From Eledone cirrhosa (lineage: Eukaryota): a stretch of DNA of 64,000 bases. Shown here piece after piece: positions 55,357 to 64,000 of this stretch (position 1 is its first letter; each line of letters opens with the position of its first letter). The notes below the pieces were generated by a model. The model had not been told where the DNA came from. It was given only the letters and a program-made list of their open reading frames with translations, and did no database searches. The stretch spans positions 223,696,001 through 223,760,000 of the forward strand of contig OZ024740.1 in the NCBI GenBank assembly GCA_964016885.1, written 5' to 3'. A program made the position numbers and the translations under genes.

Positions 55357-55454
55357 TATTTTAATAAATATTTGCTCTACGGTTCTTATATATTTGATAT
55401 ATATTTATCCTTATCGAGCCCTCTTTGGATTTTAGTCTTCAAATTTATTATTAT

Positions 55455-55589
<135 letters not shown>

Positions 55590-55599
55590 CATATATCTA

Positions 55600-55765
55600 T
55601 CTAAGTCGGGTAAAATTCCCGAGATCCATGGACGAGATCTCTCCAGCGGTCTCTGTTCATCATTATCGCTGCCATGTCCTGCGTCTCCAACAGACCAGTG
55701 TCTGTGCTTAGGGCATCAACATACGTTAACCTTGGTCTTCCTCTTCTAGTGTGTCCATGTAGGGG
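55600..55765 (-). mobile_element. RTE LINE 3' end (short copy of 63655-64000)
   Basis: [15 protein letters not shown] coding end plus shared 3' UTR. Confidence 0.75.
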
Positions 55766-55776
55766 CTCCCACATAT

Positions 55777-55858
<82 letters not shown>

Positions 55859-56072
55859 TATTTACGTATCGAGAGAGAGAAAAAAGGGGAGGATAGGTGA
55901 TACATATAGTTATTTGCCAAGAAGCGTATGCCAAAGGTGCTCGATACTAGTGCCGGCAGTATTAAATATTCGAAGTGTTAATATTTAGTGGGCTAGAGAG
56001 TTAGCAGAGCGTAAGCACATGGGAAAGTAAGAAATCGGAGAATAGACCGTTAAAACATGTTTATTTAGAACA

Positions 56073-56113
56073 GCACCTACGTACGTTTCGCCCAGTTGGG
56101 CTTCTCAAGGGCA
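56073..56113 (-). ncRNA. Minimal Type I hammerhead, U3:A8 core, downstream of a Naiad EN fragment
   Basis: GCCC-TTGAGAA-GCCC-AACT-GGGC-GAAA-CGTACG-T-A-GGTGC; palindromic ACGTACGT. Confidence 0.8.
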
Positions 56114-56569
56114 TAAATAATCAAAAGAGTTCCTTACATTGCTCGGAAAGAGTTTTGGGGTTAAATCCACGTCAAGGTTCATTGCTCGCAAAAATAGCTT
56201 GTTTTGATTTTGCAGCAGGTCAAGGGAGGTAGCTCTAGCAGGTGTTAGGGCAGTCTTTCCAGGACAAATTTTTTTATCTGCTACGAGATGAGGTTACAAC
56301 CTTACCATTGTCGATACGCGTGTAATCAATGCTTATCTTGAGAGTTTTTTTTTTTTTTTTTGCCGCATCTGTTTGTCTGAGTCGTGTAAGGCTGGGTCTG
56401 GTATGAAAGGATTCTTTCCTGGGTGTTGTTTTGCAGCGCCTGCCCGCCGGGTGTTAAGACTTGTTGTAGGGAAATCCGGTGCACGGTTTCACTCCTCATC
56501 CTTAACCCATCTGAAGAAGGATATTTTTAAGCGATGTGTACAACTTATCGCTGTTTCAGCTCTGCTGTT

Positions 56570-56940
56570 GATGAGCTCGCCGGGTGCAGTTATGAGGCAA
56601 AGATCGCATTTCCTCTTGAGGTTGTACGGTGCAGCCCTGCCGACAATCTCCCAGTGCGTGGAGAATCTGATGTTTAAGTCCTTTAGTGATGTGATGTAGT
56701 CCGCGAGCGAAGTGGAGTGCCTTAGTTTTCTATTTGTGAAAGAGTGAGATGTGTTCGAAACCTAATTTTGAACGGGTGGAGGTATCCCCTATATAATGTT
56801 TAACACTATTGTGGCTAGTAATAGTGCATCTATATATAACCCTATCAGTCAAGCAGTATTCTCTAAGGGGGCAGCGTCCTCTGTCGCGGCAGTTGGAATT
56901 TCTGTCGCGGTTCCGCCTATTTCCCACGGTAAGGCTAACA
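56570..56940 (-). pseudogene. Naiad PLE GIY-YIG endonuclease fragment (frameshifted)
   Basis: [34 protein letters not shown] / HSTSLADYITSLKD..WEIVGRAAPYNLKRKCDLCL. Confidence 0.85.
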
Positions 56941-57010
56941 TTGCTGCTGCCTACGTTGTTACCTACGCTACCGCAGCTGTCGTTAGCACCATTACAACCC
57001 ACAGCATATA

Positions 57011-57130
<120 letters not shown>

Positions 57131-57131
57131 A

Positions 57132-57201
<70 letters not shown>

Positions 57202-57219
57202 ATATGTAGCCACTAAGCC

Positions 57220-57246
<27 letters not shown>

Positions 57247-57251
<5 letters not shown>

Positions 57252-57420
57252 TGTTAGCTATCGCCGTATTTTGACTAAAGAAACTATAGAAATTATTTAG
57301 CCTGATAGTGGGGTTAAGAACCCATCGGGGAAATGGAAAAAGATTTCTCCGAGGGTTCTTAACCCCACTAACAGGCTAAATAATTTCTTTAGTCAAAATA
57401 CGGCGATAGCTAACATTTCT
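57247..57420. repeat. Palindromic element (~80 bp arms); one arm recurs at 58590-58675
   Basis: agaaatgttagctatcgccgtattttgactaaagaaa..ggggttaagaaccc mirrored. Confidence 0.85.
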
Positions 57421-57560
57421 GATAATTTCAAATACACTCGCTGTTTTGAAAATATTCTTACTTTATATATATATATACATACATACATATATAAATATAT
57501 ATACATACATATATATATATACATACATATATATATATATATACATACATACATATATAT

Positions 57561-57642
<82 letters not shown>

Positions 57643-57661
57643 TTACATATATATATATATT

Positions 57662-57737
<76 letters not shown>

Positions 57738-57738
57738 C

Positions 57739-57799
<61 letters not shown>

Positions 57800-57839
57800 C
57801 GATATTAATAAATGGAAATTATATTTATAAAACCATATT

Positions 57840-57904
57840 TATTTCATTATACATATTTCAAGGACACCAAGTTAAATTATGGTGTGCTTTCATCAGATAA
57901 AATA
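57840..57904 (-). ncRNA. Type I hammerhead (36048 family)
   Basis: TATTTTAT-CTGATGA-AAG-C-ACACCA..TGGTGT-C-CTT-GAAA-TATGTA-T-A-ATGAAATA. Confidence 0.8.
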
Positions 57905-58054
57905 TAATATAGAACAGTTTTATAAATAAATATGGTTTTATAAATATAATTTCCCTTTATTAATATCGTATTTTTACTCCAAATATTTGTTGAGTGCTTT
58001 ATATCAGTTATAAAAATATTTGCTTATTGTGTCCCAATAATTTAAATTAACTTT

Positions 58055-58133
<79 letters not shown>

Positions 58134-58672
58134 TAGTTGGATAATACATGTGTTCCTATTCGTTTTTTGCGTGTAGGGATATATACCTTATTATTATTAA
58201 CTCCCCCTGGTCGAGATGAAATCTGGTCATTTTGACTACTGCTATTTATAGACCTCCCTGTCTCTGCTTCTATCTTTACACACGGCACTGGACAGAATTG
58301 CTTCCACATCATTCATTCTCATCTCGGGAACAATTTTGAATAGCGCCAGTTCGTAATTTGAACTCGGGAATTTTATATTCTCCGAGTGAAAACAACCTTC
58401 TGACGAGAGTTTATCTTTTCAAAGAAGCCAGCAAGGACTTTCCATTCATTTTTGAGACTCGAAACCGATTCGGGAAGGGTAACCATAGTAAGTATGGTGA
58501 ACTTTTTGAAATTTATTTTGCAACTTTTTCTTATTTGCTAAACCTTGATTATATATATATATGTAAGAATATGTACGTCAATACTCATCTTTTTCCATTT
58601 CTCCGAGGGTTCTTAACCCCACTATCAGGCCAAATAATTTCTTTAGTCAAAATACGGCGATAACTTACATTT

Positions 58673-58735
<63 letters not shown>

Positions 58736-58780
58736 GTATATGTATATATATATGTATGTATATATATATAAATATTTATG

Positions 58781-58883
<103 letters not shown>

Positions 58884-58900
58884 ATATATATATATATATG

Positions 58901-58960
<60 letters not shown>

Positions 58961-58964
<4 letters not shown>

Positions 58965-60136
58965 AATGAATATATGATAGGGATAAACACTGATACAAGC
59001 ATACATGTGTTTGCATTGCAAATGACCAACTGAGCTAGATTGAAAAATATGAATTAAAATAATACGGTTTGCCTGTCTCGATTTAAAATAATAAATCAAT
59101 AAAAACAAACCTATATTGGCAACAGCCGTGATACCTGGACACATTTTAAATTTGTTTTGCAACAATTAAGTGAAATGTCCTATTCCTGTGCTCTTCTGCT
59201 GGTATCCAGAAATTGGTAAGTTTCACTTCAAAATACTTAAGATGACTGAGATAAATGTGTTGTTGAACGCACATGTATCCCAGCGTCTAGCCCGTCCTAT
59301 ACTCGTGTCGCTAAAAATAGCAGCCGGTTTTATAGGACTAAAAATTAGCTCAACGCATGGAGCCGAGAATATTAGATATGGAGTTATAAACTCAAATAGT
59401 CTTTTACAATTAAATAGCTCAAAGAAAGGAATATTTCTGAGCCGTGTAATACAAATGAATATATGATAGGGATAAACACTGATACAAGTATACATGTGTT
59501 TGCATTGCAAATGACCAAGTTAGCTAGATTGAAAAATACGAATTAAAATAATACGGTTTGCCTGTCTCGATTTAAAATAATAAATCAATAAAAACAAACT
59601 TTCTTTGAGCTATTTAATTGTAAAAGACTATTTGAGTTTATAACTCCATATATAATATTCTCGGCTCCATGCGTTGAGCTAATGTTTAGTCCCATAAAAC
59701 CGGCTTCTATTTTTAGCGACACGAGTATAGGACGGGCTAGACGCTGGGACACATGTGCGTTCAACAACACATTTCTCTCAGTCTTCTTAAGTATTTTGAA
59801 GTGAAACTTACCAATTTCTGGATACCAGCAGAAGAGCACAGGAATAGGAAATTTCACTTAATTGTTGCAAAACAAATTTAAAATTTGTCCAGGTATCACG
59901 GCTGTTGCCAATATAGGTTTGATTATATTGATATATTATTTTAAATCGAGACAGGCAAACCGTATTATTTTAATTCGTATTTTTCAATCTAGCTAACTTG
60001 GTCATTTGCAATGCAAACACATGTATACTTGTATCAGTGTTTATCCCTATCATATATTCATTTGTATTACACGGCTCAGAAATATTCCTTTCTTTGAGCT
60101 ATTTAATTGTAAAAGACTATTTGATTTTATAACTCC

Positions 60137-60140
<4 letters not shown>
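58961..60140. repeat. 489 bp unit: ~1.3 tandem copies followed by ~1.1 inverted copies, embedded in (TA)n
   Basis: tacaaatgaatatatgatagggataaacac at 58961 and 59450; reverse complement from ~59599. Confidence 0.85.
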
Positions 60141-60191
<51 letters not shown>

Positions 60192-60192
60192 G

Positions 60193-60267
<75 letters not shown>

Positions 60268-60310
60268 ATGTATATATATATATGTATGTATATATATATA
60301 TGTATGTATG

Positions 60311-60341
<31 letters not shown>

Positions 60342-60462
60342 GTATGTATATATATATATATATATATAACGAAGGAAATGTGGTAAGGAACGAGCTGGAC
60401 CATAACGCACCAAAGTACTCAATACTTAGGGTAAGTAGAGTGGGTAATAGGAACAAGTAAGT

Positions 60463-60554
60463 CCCCGACGGCTGAGCTCAAGCCGTTTCGACGGCTAATT
60501 CTGGACTGAATTAAAATTTATTCTGGTATTTAAATAGCCGAGCTTATCAAGGGG
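60463..60554 (-). ncRNA. Full Type I hammerhead, U3:A8 core, GUC site
   Basis: CCCC-TTGATAA-GCT-CGGCTA..TAGCCG-TC-GAA-ACGGCT-TGAGCTC-AGCCGT-C-GGGG. Confidence 0.85.
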
Positions 60555-60921
60555 TAATTCCATATATGGTCAAAGAGACAATCACCAGGATTGGTCACAT
60601 CACAAGTTAGTAGTAAATCGGTGATGGCAAGTTGGTGGGGGAAGGGGTAGCTAAACCTGCCGGTAGGAGAAAAAGGGAGAGGGGGTGGAGTAGACCCATT
60701 CATGCGTTGGTAGTGCCGGCTACAGCTGGGCGTGAGGTCAAATGGATACTGGGGAGGGGGAGGGGGAGGAAATCGAAACGGTAAGTAGAACAATGAAAGG
60801 TAAAACTATAAACAGTACTGAGAGAAAAAAAAAATAAGCAAAGTCTGGTTACTAAGACTCAAGTCTCTCGCTATTGCTAGGCTAAAGAAATACATAAATA
60901 AATAAATAAACAAATACGTGA

Positions 60922-62613
60922 TACCCCGAAAGATACCACACACTGATCAGGAGCAGCCTAAACCCCACCTATAAAAAGGTTAACCACTCATGCATCGAGG
61001 ACATTAATCGAGACGGACAACAAATTACCTCCAGCCTCGGGGTCGCAGACCGCACCGAACCCCTAGACCCACGGACACCATACTTCCCACTGAATGACCA
61101 CAAATCTGATTTCGACCGTAAACCATCTATCAGGCTTATAAACCCAACGAAGTCCGACATAGGGAGAATCAGCAAAAAAATCCTAGACCGCGTGATACCA
61201 AAAGTCATGCAACACGCCCGACTTAGCCTATGGATCAACACCCAGGAAGTTATCTCATGGTTCAGCAATATGGAGGATAAACGAGACACTAAATTTATCC
61301 AATTCGACATAGAGAGCTACTATGCTTCAATCACCTTACCGCTACTTACTGCCGCCTTGGACTTCGCCGAAGCACTTGTGCCCATCACCGACCAGGAAAG
61401 AAAAATCTTCCTCCACGCCAGGAAGTCAGTCTTACTCTTTGACAAATGGATAAAAATAGCTCCCGACTCACCCTTCGACGTCAGCATGGGCGCGACGGAT
61501 TCGGTGGAGGTCACAGATCTTATAGGATTATTCCTTATAGCCAAACTCACCGATATGTTTCCTGCTTTCGGTGGTGGATTGTACCGTGATGATGGGCTCC
61601 TTACCCTTAAAGGGTACAACCCCAGTAGTACAGATCGGGTCCGTAAACAATTAATCAGCTTCTTCCGCGACTGGGGATTTAAAACAACCCTACAAACGTC
61701 CCTGACGCGAGTTAATTTTCTGGACGTTACCCTTGATCTCAATAATGACTTGTACTACCCATACAGGAAACCCAATGACAACCTGCACTACATCCACCGC
61801 CGATCTAACCATCCTAGGAACCTCACCAACAACCTGGTCAAAAACATCGCCCTCCGCATATCCCGATTGTCAGCTAACGAGAAGATATTCGATGAACATG
61901 CGCCTTACTACAACCAGGTCCTCAAGCGGAGTGGTTTCCGGGAGGAAATATCCTACTGTCCAGCTCCCATTAGCGGAACCAGCAGGCGACACCGCCGCTC
62001 ACGCAATGTAACATGGTTCAATCCTTCCCACAACGCCGAGGTGACAACTCCCATCGGGAAAATTTTCTTTAGGCTCATTGAAAAACACTTCCCACCACAA
62101 CACCGCTACCACAACATAATTAACAAAAATACCATCAAACTCTCTTACAGCACTACACCTAACTTCGCACAAAACATCGTCTCCTCCAACAACAAAAAAC
62201 TCAACCCCGATGGAAGAAACAACCCAAATAGCAGTGGAGAGCCGACCAGGAGGTGCAATTGTCCTGATAGATCCAGTTGCCCCCTCGACAACAGATGCAG
62301 AGACCGTAATGTGATCTACCAGTGCAACGTGAGCACGGACACCTCCAACAAAGCTTATATAGGATTAACCGCATGTGACTTCAAGACCCGGCTATACCAA
62401 CACAGACATACCTTCCGAAACCCGGCCCGGCGTCACGCCACTACACTTTCGGGCCACATATGGGACCTCAAGGACAACAACATCAACTATGATCTCACTT
62501 GGAAATTACTGTCCAGAGACAACTCTTACACCGGAGGACGCCGTCCGTGCAATTTATGCTCGGAGGAAACTTTACAAATGTTGTTTTCGACGGACCAACT
62601 CCACAACAAATAA
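60922..62613 (+). CDS. 5'-truncated Naiad-type Penelope-like element ORF: reverse transcriptase + GIY-YIG endonuclease
   Basis: Open frame extends upstream of the track ORF (YPERYHTLIRSSLNPTYKK..IRLINPTKSDIGRISK); IQFDIESYY, FDVSMGATDS, GLYRDDGL, NFLDVTL, SNHP, CNC..CPL..C, VIYQC..AYIGLT..FKTR, CNLC. Confidence 0.95.
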   Translation, partial: YPERYHTLIRSSLNPTYKKVNHSCIEDINRDGQQITSSLGVADRTEPLDPRTPYFPLNDHKSDFDRKPSIRLINPTKSDIGRISKKILDRVIPKVMQHARLSLWINTQEVISWFSNMEDKRDTKFIQFDIESYYASITLPLLTAALDFAEALVPITDQERKIFLHARKSVLLFDKWIKIAPDSPFDVSMGATDSVEVTDLIGLFLIAKLTDMFPAFGGGLYRDDGLLTLKGYNPSSTDRVRKQLISFFRDWGFKTTLQTSLTRVNFLDVTLDLNNDLYYPYRKPNDNLHYIHRRSNHPRNLTNNLVKNIALRISRLSANEKIFDEHAPYYNQVLKRSGFREEISYCPAPISGTSRRHRRSRNVTWFNPSHNAEVTTPIGKIFFRLIEKHFPPQHRYHNIINKNTIKLSYSTTPNFAQNIVSSNNKKLNPDGRNNPNSSGEPTRRCNCPDRSSCPLDNRCRDRNVIYQCNVSTDTSNKAYIGLTACDFKTRLYQHRHTFRNPARRHATTLSGHIWDLKDNNINYDLTWKLLSRDNSYTGGRRPCNLCSEETLQMLFSTDQLHNK

Positions 62614-63615
62614 AAAAACAAAAAATAAAAAGAGACACACACACACGCACATATAGAACCCATGCAACGCCTGTACCGCACACATACGAACGTATACACC
62701 AAATACACATAAAAAAAAACAAAAAAAACATATTTCTATACACTAGTGTGTGTGTGTGTGTGTGTGTGTGCGTATATACATATAATTAAATAAACGTATA
62801 TTAATATACACACATAAATACGTATACAACGCGCGCACACACACACCCACATGGAAAGACACATGCTCGCGGACTACGTCAACCAAAACACAAAGTATAC
62901 ATATACACACATCCTACATACGTACGAACTCGCATACTCACACAGACGCAAAACTCCCGTAATCACATAACCAAATGCACATGTACCAGTATATATAATA
63001 TATACGTCAATAACATATACAAGCAAATATACATACGAGAAAATATACATACCTTCACAAAACATACAGGTAATATATACTTACCTATACGAATAAGTAA
63101 TGGTATAAACATAACATATACTTAGCTACCACATCAAGACGTAAAATATCCGCGTATAGTTCGTAGGGTATAATGTGGGGCTGTTTTTTTCGTTCATTGC
63201 AAGAGAACGTCTCCATGAACCACCTAATAGAATATTAGTCTACGACTTCATTTATACCATAAACGTGGTTTTGTCTTCGCGTGTAATTGTTTTCACTGCT
63301 CCAAATAATGACGTATTATCTTCGTATTTTACGTTTTTTTGCCAGGGAACGTTTCCACGAACCAAAGTATCGTCTTCCTGTCTTCCTTCCGTTGCAATGT
63401 TTTTTGAAATATTTACTTCTGCGTTCACGGATTTATTTGTTTAGTTTCAGATGATCCCGTTAAGAGTGAAAGCAGCGATTCTTTGCTTAAACTTTAATCT
63501 GTTATTTTAATAAATATATATATTATTAGAATTTTATTTCTCGCCCTAGCACAGCTGATACATAAATGTATGCACACGTACACACATATATTTACACGCA
63601 CATGTATACATATAC

Positions 63616-63654
<39 letters not shown>

Positions 63655-63657
<3 letters not shown>

Positions 63658-64000
63658 AAGGCGGGTAAAATTCCCGAGATCCATGGACGAGTTCTCTCCA
63701 GCGGTCTCTGTCCCTCATTATTGCTGCCATATCCTGCGTCTCCAACAGACTAGTGTCTGTCCTTAGGCATCAACATACGTTAACCTTGGTCTTCCTCTTC
63801 TAGTGTGTCCATGTAGGGACTTCCAAAGGAGCACTGAGTGCAATGTCAACTCTGGATGTCGGTGAGCATGTACAGCTAACCTCAGTCTCCTCTGTGTCAC
63901 TTTTGAGCTGACTTTTGGGATGCTCCCATACAGCTCTGAGTTTTTCATCCTCAGTGTATACTGATTAATGTTCAGAGCCATCTTCAGCATTCTCGTGTAG
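63655..64000 (-). mobile_element. RTE LINE 3' end
   Basis: [43 protein letters not shown]. Confidence 0.85.

Noticed and set aside
57296-57335. CTGATAG..GAAA as a hammerhead
   Set aside because: Core positions 8-9 wrong; no helix III or helix I partner
58140-58550. Possible LINE ORF1 remnant on the minus strand
   Set aside because: Frameshifted and lacking a diagnostic motif; cannot be assigned without a database search
60919-60921. In-frame TGA as selenocysteine (some Naiads are selenoproteins)
   Set aside because: Lies at the truncation/inversion junction; neither long Naiad ORF has an internal TGA and no convincing SECIS was seen

Overview
AT-rich, microsatellite-laden eukaryotic DNA, most likely non-genic or intronic sequence from a cephalopod such as octopus (inferred from the SINE and LINE families). 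No host exon could be identified. The window is almost entirely mobile DNA. It holds two long open Penelope-like element (PLE) ORFs of the Naiad type (1..1476 minus, missed by the ORF track, and 60922..62613 plus, RT + GIY-YIG) and three decayed Naiad fragments. It also holds RTE and CR1-like LINE remnants, tRNA-derived SINEs, Tc1/mariner elements and non-autonomous Helitrons. The main hidden signal is about 25 Type I hammerhead-ribozyme (HHR) motifs, found by eye, belonging to roughly a dozen short non-coding families mostly inserted in (TA)n tracts. Several have non-canonical cores (U3:A8, U4A, U10.1-U11.1) or ~90-115 nt helix II extensions. Many are arranged head-to-head as palindromes of up to ~4.8 kb, and two occur as 316-318 nt tandem or terminally redundant retrozyme-like units. 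All folds were worked out manually; none has been computed or tested.
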